Assembly (NCBI GenBank): GCA_043801585.1
Contig: JAZDLX010000176.1
Coordinates: 1-17,288, forward strand
Reading direction: 5' to 3'
Length of the DNA stretch: 17,288 bases
Source: a bacterium
Lineage (GTDB): Bacteria; Electryoneota; Electryoneia; Electryoneales; Electryoneaceae
Part shown: positions 8,868-17,288 of the stretch, piece by piece
How the letters are laid out: every line of letters starts with the position of its first letter
Numbering within the stretch: the first letter of the stretch is position 1
Made by a program: the position numbers and the translations under genes
Notes under the pieces: model-generated
Told to the model about the DNA's origin: nothing
The model's database searches: none
Seen by the model: the letters and a program-made list of their open reading frames with translations, nothing else

Positions 8868-9022
8868 GTAGCCCGGAATCTCGATTCCGGGGAAAGGGAA
8901 AATCAGTTGGCGTAGCCCGGGACCACCGTGTCCCGGGAAAAAACCTGTAGCCTGGAATCTCGATTCCAGGGAAAGGGAAAACCAGTCCAAACCGTACCCG
9001 GATTCGAGAATCCGGGTACTAC
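8868..9022. repeat. Cluster of four GTAG-class REP-like palindromes (BIME-like)
   Basis: GTAG plus hairpin at 8868-8891, 8912-8937 and 8947-8970 (+), and 8994-9022 (-). 8867-8907 and 8946-8986 are 41-bp direct repeats with a 79-bp period. Confidence 0.85.
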
Positions 9023-9030
9023 ATGCTAAC

Positions 9031-9188
9031 TGTCATCCCGAACAGGCCTGCCATACGGTGGTGCTGTGAAGGGTCTTTGAGTATGCCGTCATCCTGAACA
9101 AGCTTGCCGCGAGCAAGCGCCGTGAACCGCAGCGCCAAAGGCGCAAGCTCGCATGTCCCGACGTGTCGGGACGTGCAACAAAAGATCT
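9031..9188 (+). repeat. Two GTCATCCYGAAC...AAG(G)R-TCT-type palindromic repeat units with nested hairpins
   Basis: TGTCATCCCGAAC...GTGAAGGGTCT (9031-9076) and GTCATCCTGAAC...AAAGATCT (9088-9188). Internal hairpins at 9102-9118, 9132-9144 and 9151-9176. Confidence 0.6.
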
Positions 9189-9208
9189 AGGTGTTGACTT
9201 TACATGGC

Positions 9209-9248
9209 ATTGCTTCGTCATCCGCCAGCTGGCGGATGACGAAGCAAT
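9209..9248. repeat. Perfect 40-bp palindrome (possible terminator of the 9294-11030 gene)
   Basis: ATTGCTTCGTCATCCGCCAG|CTGGCGGATGACGAAGCAAT with no spacer, 45 bp downstream of the stop codon. Confidence 0.9.
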
Positions 9249-9293
9249 CTCGCCGTTTCTTCTACAGTGGATTTTGTTGTTCAAAGGATGAAC

Positions 9294-11030
9294 CTACCGC
9301 ATCAACACAATCTTTTTCAACACTGTGCTCTTCCCACGCTGCTCGGCACGGACAAAGTAGACCCCGCTGGCAAGGCTCTCGCCTGGCGTCCAGGAAACGA
9401 CCGCTGTTGGATTTGCCGATGCGGGAATGGAGAAAGCTGCAACCTGCTGCCCGATCATGTTCAGAATGGTCAGGGCCGCCGGGGCTTTAACCGGGAGCGA
9501 TACATGAATGTTCACTGTGCCATTGAATGGATTCGGCCAGGTGTTCAGGAAGATCCGTGATGGGAGTGATATCTCACCAAGTTCGATTAATGATGTTGGC
9601 TGGATTGCGCCCCAATTACCGTCCAAGTCCACCGCATTGCCATAGACGTCCCTTCTTCGTGTCGTGCTCGTGGGCATGTTCCAGAAAATGAAAGTCGTCC
9701 CGTCGGAAGCCAGGAACGGAAAACCGCTGACCTTTTCGACACCAGGTTCGGTCAGGTCAAATTGCCAAGCGAGCTCACCATCCGGGTCGAACCCGAAAAC
9801 GACATTTCTGTCGGGGTCATCGTAATCATCGCTGAGTTCGTCGTGGACGAACACCCGCAACCCATTCCTGCTCTGGTACCAGTTGTAAGGTGCTGAACGC
9901 GCCGCGATAGGCCCCAGAACAATAGTGCGGCTTTCCTGGAGGCCGGGATCCACTACGCTCAGCATATAACCGGGATCGTGTCGATAGAAGCGGGCAGCAT
10001 ATCCATTCTCGCCCCATGGAAATGGACCATCCAAAATCCACGAAGTGAGGGGATCGCCAAATGGTGCAAATTCGGTGTTTTCGAAATTTCCCAGAGCATC
10101 CACAATGATCCACCAGGCCCCTGACAAATCCGAATTGAAACCAACCAGAAGCATTCTTCCCGGCTCAAGTTCAAATCCAGGAACCTTGCCACCTGTTCTC
10201 AGTGAATCGAACACTGTCCCTGATGCAACCTGGAAAAATTCACCGGTAGAACGCAGCCTCCAGAGTTGATTCCCCATGGTCAACAGAACGCCACCCTCCC
10301 CGTCACGAATGCAAGAACCTATCGGGGCCGTCAGGGAATCCAGAATCTGAACGGCCTCTGGCCAGACGGGTATGCCGGATGCGTCAAGGCGCTGCGCAAA
10401 CAGCGGTTTGGGTGGATAAGGCTCAAAATCATTATTTCTGGTTTCGATCCACAAAACAATGGAACCTCCATCATCAAACCAGACCACACCCAGGAGCTGA
10501 TTGTACAACGCGGTGTTCTTTTCGGATAGATAGGATGGCGTTTCGAAACGTGATGCCCCCTCCGAAGAGACCATTTGCATTCTGACCTGGGCTTCGATCC
10601 AATAGTGACTCCACTCAGGCGTTGAGATTCCATAGGTCATCTCCTCCTGACAAACGATCGAAGTCTCGCCCCCGGGCCAGCATTTCATTTGAACCGGCAA
10701 CGTGCCAAGGGATTCGAATCGCCACGATCCGATTGTTCTCCCCGAATCAGCCGGAGTCCAAAGGAAGCTGCCATCACGATTCAGGGCGTGCAGTTCAAAC
10801 GTCATGTGATCCAACCCCGGATTCGGGTAACACACAAGCAGCCGCAACGATCCATCCTCAGCCTCCACGACAGAGACTACCTGGTAATCGCGAGTGGAAT
10901 CTGCAATCAGATGTCTGGCAACGCCGGGCTCGTCCGGCCAATTCTCAGCCAGTGCCAGGTTTGACGGTAAGAGGTGTGCCGTCAGCAGGAGGAGATTCAC
11001 GGTGAGCAGAATTGTTGATATCGGTTTCAT
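9294..11030 (-). CDS. Secreted protein with C-terminal T9SS type-A sorting (Por secretion tail/FlgD-like Ig) domain
   Basis: N-terminal signal peptide (MKPISTILL...ALA). C-terminus WPNPFNGTVNIH...ILNMIGQQVA...LASGVYFVR...KKIVLMR. Internal DG/GxxxW beta-strand repeats (AQRLDASGIPVW, DGEGG, FDPDGELAW) suggest a beta-propeller. GGGGG SD. Confidence 0.88.
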   Translation of the reverse strand: MKPISTILLTVNLLLLTAHLLPSNLALAENWPDEPGVARHLIADSTRDYQVVSVVEAEDGSLRLLVCYPNPGLDHMTFELHALNRDGSFLWTPADSGRTIGSWRFESLGTLPVQMKCWPGGETSIVCQEEMTYGISTPEWSHYWIEAQVRMQMVSSEGASRFETPSYLSEKNTALYNQLLGVVWFDDGGSIVLWIETRNNDFEPYPPKPLFAQRLDASGIPVWPEAVQILDSLTAPIGSCIRDGEGGVLLTMGNQLWRLRSTGEFFQVASGTVFDSLRTGGKVPGFELEPGRMLLVGFNSDLSGAWWIIVDALGNFENTEFAPFGDPLTSWILDGPFPWGENGYAARFYRHDPGYMLSVVDPGLQESRTIVLGPIAARSAPYNWYQSRNGLRVFVHDELSDDYDDPDRNVVFGFDPDGELAWQFDLTEPGVEKVSGFPFLASDGTTFIFWNMPTSTTRRRDVYGNAVDLDGNWGAIQPTSLIELGEISLPSRIFLNTWPNPFNGTVNIHVSLPVKAPAALTILNMIGQQVAAFSIPASANPTAVVSWTPGESLASGVYFVRAEQRGKSTVLKKIVLMR

Positions 11031-11187
11031 TGATTAGCCCCCAAAAGAAGACTCATTGAAGAATACTATACTTTTAATCGCTATTCCACTGTTGATTTCT
11101 ATTTGAAAACGAAACCCCCTTTGATTTACGAAACGGTACAGTTCAGCAGTTATTGAGTGGAAAGTAAATCATTGTCCAAGCCTTATA

Positions 11188-11209
11188 CGGATTCGAGAAT
11201 CCGGATTAC
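11188..11209 (-). repeat. REP-like palindrome (GTAA variant)
   Basis: Minus strand GTAATCCGGATTCTCGAATCCG shares the CGGATTCGAGAATCCGG core with the 8994-9022 copy. Confidence 0.75.
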
Positions 11210-11228
11210 AGCTGAGCACAATGAAACC

Positions 11229-11247
11229 CTGTTGGACGAGCCAACAG
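11229..11247 (-). terminator. Hairpin CTGTTGG-N5-CCAACAG downstream of the ackA remnant
   Basis: 7-bp stem ~40 bp past the remnant's TGA; short U-tract only. Confidence 0.35.
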
Positions 11248-11284
11248 AGCAGAGGATACTAAATTTGCATTTCACAATTGTGGT

Positions 11285-11344
11285 TCAGTTCATCCCGTTC
11301 ACGATTCACAGGGTCTCCTCGGCGATGACCAGCACCTCGTTGGT
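11285..11344 (-). pseudogene. Decayed duplicate of the last 20 codons of ackA
   Basis: Ungapped 50/60 match to 13135-13194. Translates TNEVLVIAEETL*IVNGMN* versus ackA TNEELVIAQETLRIVNGMN*. Confidence 0.92.
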
Positions 11345-11417
11345 GAAATCCGGTGTGGATCAATTTCAGACTGACTCATGGAGAACACATTGACTACAAC
11401 TCATGAGACACGGAATA

Positions 11418-11446
11418 TTGACTTTTAGTACCGAAAGAGATAATAT
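11418..11446 (+). promoter_or_regulatory. Putative sigma70 promoter TTGACT-N17-TAATAT for the lipoprotein/OMP pair
   Basis: -35 at 11418-11423 and -10 at 11441-11446, ~50 bp upstream of the likely start. Confidence 0.6.
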
Positions 11447-11496
11447 TGATCTAGGTTTTTTACATGTATATCCGTTTAAACAAAAAAATGGGGGGT

Positions 11497-12015
11497 ATGA
11501 GACGCAAATTCATGCTAATCATCTCCATAACCACTTTCCTGCTCTTGGGGTATGGTTGTGACAGTATTCAACAACCACAGGATGAGATGAGAGACGAATT
11601 AACCCAGAGTAAGGGATCAACTCCACGATCTATTGAAGCAAGTCAGTACGCTTGTAAGATTACAGGGCATGTCTGGCTCGACCAGGTGGGAAGCACAGGG
11701 CTGAACAATTGGACGATCCGCGTCTATCGAGTTGACAGTGGGCCAACGTACGTTCTCGTGGCCACAGCTACGTCCTATACGCATCTAACGCAGGGGGCGG
11801 GATATTTCTCAATGTCAAACCTGCCAACGACCCCAAATTGTTCAAGCGATCCCTTTTATGTATTCTATGTGTGGGATTCGAATGGATACTTGAGGTATAA
11901 TGAAGCGTATCCAACACTACACCATCTGTGTCCCGGAAATCAAACACTGAATGTCGTCTACTTTAGCGGAACACAGGAAGTCGGTATTGGAATGCCGGAT
12001 TGTTCTTGTTTCTAA
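11497..12015 (+). CDS. Putative lipoprotein with beta-sandwich (SdrD-B/prealbumin-like) domain, Cys-rich
   Basis: MRRKFMLIISITTFLLLGYG-C lipobox. ITGHVW..GLNNWTIRVY..VATATS..GYFSMSNL pattern. Five further Cys. Start placed at ATG 11497 after GGGGGG (track start 11464). Confidence 0.7.
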   Translation: MRRKFMLIISITTFLLLGYGCDSIQQPQDEMRDELTQSKGSTPRSIEASQYACKITGHVWLDQVGSTGLNNWTIRVYRVDSGPTYVLVATATSYTHLTQGAGYFSMSNLPTTPNCSSDPFYVFYVWDSNGYLRYNEAYPTLHHLCPGNQTLNVVYFSGTQEVGIGMPDCSCF

Positions 12016-12090
12016 TGCCAACGATCTAGTAACTGGCAACTTAATACATGCTGTTTGCTATCTTGCTATTTCAGCACGCGGGAGGAAACC

Positions 12091-12738
12091 ATGAAAAAAA
12101 CGATTCTTGTGCTCTTGTGTTTCTCGCTCCCATTCAGCGTATTTGCCAATCCTCAAGCAGGCTTAAGCCTCGGAGGCCAGGCGGCGTTCAATCCAGCTCA
12201 TTTTTCCGGGAGTTGGGAACGAGGGGAACTAAGCCCTGACACCTATAACGCAACATGGGAAGAGATGGGAAATGTCATCCCCTCTCTCGGCCTTCAAATG
12301 GATTGGGCACCCAGATCCCCGTTCGCGCTACAAACGGAACTGGCCTATCAGAGGGTTACCCTTCGATTTCATGTAATGGGGAATTTTATGTCGCCCGAAA
12401 GGATAATCCATGAATTCTCGATCCGCCCTTTGGCGAGATGGAATTTCAGCGATATACGTTTACTCATTGGACCATCCATCGCCTTTCTGATGGGAGAGGG
12501 CTACTATCTGCTCGATTTCCCCATGCAGGTTGTGTTAGGAACTTCCGTGCGTATAGGCAAGGATTACGAGTTGTCCAACGGCTGGACGGTCAGTCCACAA
12601 ATCGGATTCCGAACGGATCTATTCTCGAGCTTAAGAACTGTTCCCGTCGCCTACAGTGGATCGGGCTTCGCTGATCAAAGTCTCAAATCTACCGAAGCGA
12701 ACACTCGGATTGAGTTTAACGTTCAGTTTTTCTTCTAA
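12091..12738 (+). CDS. Outer-membrane beta-barrel protein (PorT/OMP_b-brl-like)
   Basis: GGAGG SD then MKKTILVLLCFSLPFSVFA signal peptide. Alternating amphipathic strands (FALQTELAYQR, IRLLIGPSIAF) and C-terminal Phe (EFNVQFFF) typical of BAM substrates. Confidence 0.78.
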   Translation: MKKTILVLLCFSLPFSVFANPQAGLSLGGQAAFNPAHFSGSWERGELSPDTYNATWEEMGNVIPSLGLQMDWAPRSPFALQTELAYQRVTLRFHVMGNFMSPERIIHEFSIRPLARWNFSDIRLLIGPSIAFLMGEGYYLLDFPMQVVLGTSVRIGKDYELSNGWTVSPQIGFRTDLFSSLRTVPVAYSGSGFADQSLKSTEANTRIEFNVQFFF

Positions 12739-12767
12739 ACTCCTTGGCTGTTTTTTAAAGTCAAACC

Positions 12768-12794
12768 AGCCCGGGTTTACGAATCCGGGCTTTT
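12768..12794 (+). terminator. Intrinsic terminator-like hairpin related to the REP family
   Basis: AGCCCGGGTT-TACG-AATCCGGGCT followed by TTT, 30 bp after the OMP stop; resembles CCCGGATTCTCGAATCCGGG. Confidence 0.6.
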
Positions 12795-13003
12795 CTCCAC
12801 CATGTCCCGTCCTGATCCAAGTTGACGGATTCAGGAGGTCAAAATGTCAGGACAGCGGTTTCGGATTATGTTAATGTGCCAGGCTGGTATTGCTTGACGC
12901 CGTCTGGTCGCAGTCGGGTTTCAGGAAAACAGAATCCAGGCACGTAACGATGCCGGGAGTATGCGTGCACGTGTACCCTTCACCATTAACAACCTAGTAG
13001 AAA

Positions 13004-13029
13004 CCCGGCCATCAAGCTGGCCGGGCCAC
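13004..13029 (-). repeat. REP-like palindrome (GTGG variant)
   Basis: Minus strand GTGG-CCCGGCCA-GCTTGA-TGGCCGGG. Confidence 0.65.
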
Positions 13030-13040
13030 ACGCAAACTCA

Positions 13041-13124
13041 GAAAAATGTACCGGGTACTTTGCAGGCAAGCGCGCTTACATCGCTGAAAGAGTACCTACC
13101 ACTTTTGTACCTGGTACATTTTTC
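13041..13124. repeat. ~85-bp inverted-repeat (MITE/REPIN-like) element, copy B
   Basis: Arms GAAAAATGTACCGGGTAC (13041-13058) and GTACCTGGTACATTTTTC (13107-13124), 10 bp downstream of the ackA stop; same orientation as copy A. Confidence 0.85.
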
Positions 13125-13134
13125 GTCAGCATTT

Positions 13135-14346
<1,212 letters not shown>

Positions 14347-14392
14347 GGTCCTCTTCCGGTGTTGCATCCCCTTTTTGGGAGCCCCATTACAA

Positions 14393-16003
14393 CTATGTGC
14401 GGCCCAGGGCGTGAGCTACGAAATCGTAGCTGAGCCCCGGCATGTTTTCAACTTTCAATCCCTTCGACTTCCACACCGACACTGTCGCCGGTTCGCGCGG
14501 ATAGGCGGGTAGCCCATCCCCCGCCCAGGCGGTTCCGGGGTGTCCATCGAAGACGATTTTCCCCTCATCAAGGACAACCCAGCGATCCGTCCAGTCCGCG
14601 AAACGGTTAACATCGTGCCCGGCGACGACAACCACACATCCGCGCGCAGCTTCCGTCTGGATCAGGCGTCCGACAACCTTCGCATCCCCCGCATCGAGCC
14701 CCGCAGTCGGCTCATCCAGCAGCCATGCAGCAGGGTGCAATGCCGCAACGGCCGCCAGCGCCACCCTGCGCGCTTCACCGCCGGAAAGTTCGAAGGGACT
14801 CCGCTGCAGGAATGATTCCTCCTCCAAAAAGCCCAGCAGTTTCAGCGCAGTTTTCGCGCGGGATTCCGCTTCGCTTGCTGAAAACCCCTGGTTACGGGCG
14901 CCGTAGGCGACCTCCGCCAGAACCGACTCCGCGAAAAAGGAGCGTTCCGGAAACTGAAATGCGATCCCGATCCTTCCCCGCAGATTCTCGGGCGACACAT
15001 CCCCCCAGCGCACGCTTCCCTTTTCCAGGTCAAGCAGGCCCGCCAGCACCTCCAGCAGGCTCGATTTCCCCGCTCCACCGGGTCCGACCAGCGCAATCAC
15101 CTCGCCCGGTTCCGCTTTCAGGTTCACATCATCAAGCGCCTTGCGAGCCGGCCCGAGGAATTCTTTCCGCGACGCCGTCACTCCAGTCGCCATCAGCGGC
15201 ATTGCAGCTTTGGGGCCTGAATGTAACTCCGTTACGTTGATCGCTGCATCCTCCGGGAGGATCGTCGATTTCCGGGAGCCTTTCGCCACAGGGACAATCG
15301 TTCTCTTTTCAAGATGCGTCAGACTCCAGCTTCGAGGTTCCTCCAAATCCCATTCAGGCAGAATTCCATCCTTCAGCAAGCGGTCGGGTGGGCCGTCGGC
15401 GGCAACGTTATTGTTTGCAAGGACGACCAGCCGGGTGCCAATTGTGTATTCCTCGGCGTCCGATGCGGTCATCAGCATCGTTGCATCGGGTGGCAACGCT
15501 TTGATCACCCTGTGGATGCGGGCACGTCCATCCGCGTCGAGAAAGGATGTGGGCTCATCGAGCAGCCAGAGGGTGGGCTTGAGAGCGAGGGCGGCGGCGA
15601 TGGCGACGCGCTGCATCTGACCGCCCGAGAGCCGCTCGGGGGTCCGGTCCGCCAGTTCAGTCAATCCCGTTTCCGACAATGCCCAGGCAACACGCTGGCG
15701 TAGAGTTTCCGTTTCAAGGCCCGCATATTCGAGGGCAAACGCAATCTCCTCGCGCACGGTGCCTGCGACAAGCTGGTTTTCAGGTTGTTGCCGAACGAAG
15801 CCAACCGGTCCGTTTCCCTCCCGGTCCACAATGCCTTGGGATGGTTCAAGCAGGCCGGCGGCGAGCCTAAGCAGCGTTGTTTTGCCCGAACCGCTCTTGC
15901 CGGCGATGACGACACGCTGACCCTCGGAGATATTCAGCGAAAGTCCGTCGAAGACGACTCGACCGTTGGGATAGGCGGCGCGGACATCCTGGAAGGAAAG
16001 CAT
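14393..16003 (-). CDS. Fused double ABC ATPase of ECF-transporter type (EcfA-EcfA')
   Basis: Two NBDs: GKSGSGKTT/QQPENQL/LSGGQMQR/LLDEPT and GPGGAGKSS/FQFPE/SPFELSGGEARR/LLDEPTAGLD. These Q-loop and signature variants are typical of EcfA1/EcfA2. Confidence 0.88.
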   Translation of the reverse strand: MLSFQDVRAAYPNGRVVFDGLSLNISEGQRVVIAGKSGSGKTTLLRLAAGLLEPSQGIVDREGNGPVGFVRQQPENQLVAGTVREEIAFALEYAGLETETLRQRVAWALSETGLTELADRTPERLSGGQMQRVAIAAALALKPTLWLLDEPTSFLDADGRARIHRVIKALPPDATMLMTASDAEEYTIGTRLVVLANNNVAADGPPDRLLKDGILPEWDLEEPRSWSLTHLEKRTIVPVAKGSRKSTILPEDAAINVTELHSGPKAAMPLMATGVTASRKEFLGPARKALDDVNLKAEPGEVIALVGPGGAGKSSLLEVLAGLLDLEKGSVRWGDVSPENLRGRIGIAFQFPERSFFAESVLAEVAYGARNQGFSASEAESRAKTALKLLGFLEEESFLQRSPFELSGGEARRVALAAVAALHPAAWLLDEPTAGLDAGDAKVVGRLIQTEAARGCVVVVAGHDVNRFADWTDRWVVLDEGKIVFDGHPGTAWAGDGLPAYPREPATVSVWKSKGLKVENMPGLSYDFVAHALGRT

Positions 16004-16006
16004 CAG

Positions 16007-17287
16007 CTACCACCCGGCGAGAGCCGCGAGGCGTTCGGCAACCCGCCGTGAAACACCTTCGCGCTGACGGACGAACATGCCCGCCATCTCGCCGCGCTTG
16101 CGGCTGGATTGCCCGTTTTGCAGGGCATCGAGGAAAACCTCGGATATCTGTTCCGGCCACGAAACCTGAGCCGCGGCGCCCAGATCAATCAGATCCCGCG
16201 CTTCGTGACTCATCAGGTATCGGGGTCCGAACATCACGGGAATTCCAAAGACAGCCGGTTCGATCACCGAATGGACACCCGCCCCGAACGCCCCGCCGAC
16301 GTAGGCCACACAACCGAGGCCGTACATCCCAGCGAGCACCCCGACACGATCCACAATCAGGAGGTTTGCGGGGGAGACCCCCTCTTCCACCTCCGTCATC
16401 GTCGTTGAGGTAAGGTCGTTCGCGGCCCCCTCATCGGCGATCTGTTTCAACCTTTCTGGTTTTGGTTCATGCGGTGCAACGACGAGCACAGCATCCGGTA
16501 GTTGCTCGAGCACGGTTTTCCAGGCAGGCAGGAAACGTTTTTCATCGGCGTGCCACGTCGAACCGGCAACGGCGACAGGCCGTCCCGCAAGCAACTCGGC
16601 AAGAGCGCCCTGATCGCGGCGTCCGTCGAGAGCCCGTTGCAGCACACGATCAAACCGTGTATCCCCGCTGATGACAATGTTCGGTGCGTCTCCCGCAAGA
16701 AAACGGAAACGGTGGGCATCGTCACGCGCCACTGCATAGATCGCCGAGAGATGGGGAAGCACCGCCCGCCCAAAGGGGATCGCGGCGCGTTTCAGCCGTT
16801 TTGAATCGGGACGGAAATTGCCGTTCACCAGCGCTGTGGGGATTCCCCTGCTTTTCGCTTCCCAGACCAGGTTCGGCCAGTAGTCATGCTTAACGAATAC
16901 GATCAGCGAAGGCTCAATGATCTCCAACAGCCTCCTCACCCGTCCACGGGAATCCGCCGGCAGGTAGAAATGGTCTGTGGGTTCCTCGGTTTTCATTGCG
17001 CGCTCGACGGCGGAAGGAGAGTAGTAGGAGAGGAGAATGTCCACGTTCCAATCCGCCTTCAACGCCTGCATCAGGGGGACGGCGCTCTCCAGTTCCCCGG
17101 CGGAGGCGCAGTGCACGATGACGCGCGGAACGTTCTCCCGGCAATTGCTGCGAACCCGGCGGAGACGTTCGCCCTCGGCGAGACGTCCCCGAATGCCGCG
17201 ACGGACTTTTTCGCTGAACAGACCCGCCATCATCAATCCCGCTTCCATCGCGGGAACGAACAACAGGTTGTATAATGCGCGCCAGAC
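16007..17287 (-). CDS. waaA: 3-deoxy-D-manno-octulosonic acid (Kdo) transferase, 5' partial
   Basis: HCASAGE, YLPAD, DYWPNL, GDTRFD, VAGSTW, APHEP, YVGGAF and HSVIEPA motifs. The frame stays open to the window edge (VWRALYNLLFVP). Confidence 0.92.
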   Translation of the reverse strand, partial: VWRALYNLLFVPAMEAGLMMAGLFSEKVRRGIRGRLAEGERLRRVRSNCRENVPRVIVHCASAGELESAVPLMQALKADWNVDILLSYYSPSAVERAMKTEEPTDHFYLPADSRGRVRRLLEIIEPSLIVFVKHDYWPNLVWEAKSRGIPTALVNGNFRPDSKRLKRAAIPFGRAVLPHLSAIYAVARDDAHRFRFLAGDAPNIVISGDTRFDRVLQRALDGRRDQGALAELLAGRPVAVAGSTWHADEKRFLPAWKTVLEQLPDAVLVVAPHEPKPERLKQIADEGAANDLTSTTMTEVEEGVSPANLLIVDRVGVLAGMYGLGCVAYVGGAFGAGVHSVIEPAVFGIPVMFGPRYLMSHEARDLIDLGAAAQVSWPEQISEVFLDALQNGQSSRKRGEMAGMFVRQREGVSRRVAERLAALAGW

Positions 17288-17288
17288 C

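Noticed and set aside
8867..8986. CRISPR array (41-bp repeats with a 38-bp spacer)
   Set aside because: Only two units, the 'spacer' is itself a GTAG-REP hairpin, and no cas genes are present.
8706..9284. Short ORFs 8706-8915, 8790-8990, 9033-9284 and the shared peptide EYLxxLYLVHFS with ORF 12961-13527
   Set aside because: They run through palindromic repeats; the peptide similarity simply reflects the two IR-element copies.
11157..11393. 78-aa plus-strand ORF
   Set aside because: It spans a REP, a hairpin and the antisense of the ackA remnant, so it is unlikely to be coding.
12800..12980. Structured ncRNA or tRNA between the OMP gene and ackA
   Set aside because: Only short imperfect stems (e.g. 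TCCTGATCC/GGATTCAGGA); no cloverleaf or recognisable family motif.

Overview
GC-rich chromosome segment from a diderm (LPS-making) bacterium, probably an FCB-superphylum lineage outside Bacteroidota (inference: T9SS type-A C-terminal domain plus canonical SD sites and sigma70-type promoters). The minus strand carries two housekeeping blocks: waaA(5' partial)-fused ECF ATPase-ackA, and yceD-rpmF-plsX-fabH-fabD-fabG-acpP-fabF-rnc-acyl-CoA dehydrogenase. The left edge has the 3' end of an IS1595-family transposase abutting an AT-rich truncated ORF. The ackA-yceD spacer (~8.7-13.1 kb) is an accessory zone with three envelope or secreted genes (T9SS cargo, lipoprotein, outer-membrane beta-barrel) and no integrase. 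It contains (i) a decayed 60-bp second copy of the ackA 3' end exactly 1850 bp from the real one, differing mostly at silent sites, (ii) two diverged ~85-bp inverted-repeat elements in direct orientation at its two ends, and (iii) dense REP-like palindromes of several classes. Together these suggest stepwise cassette capture at the ackA 3' end.
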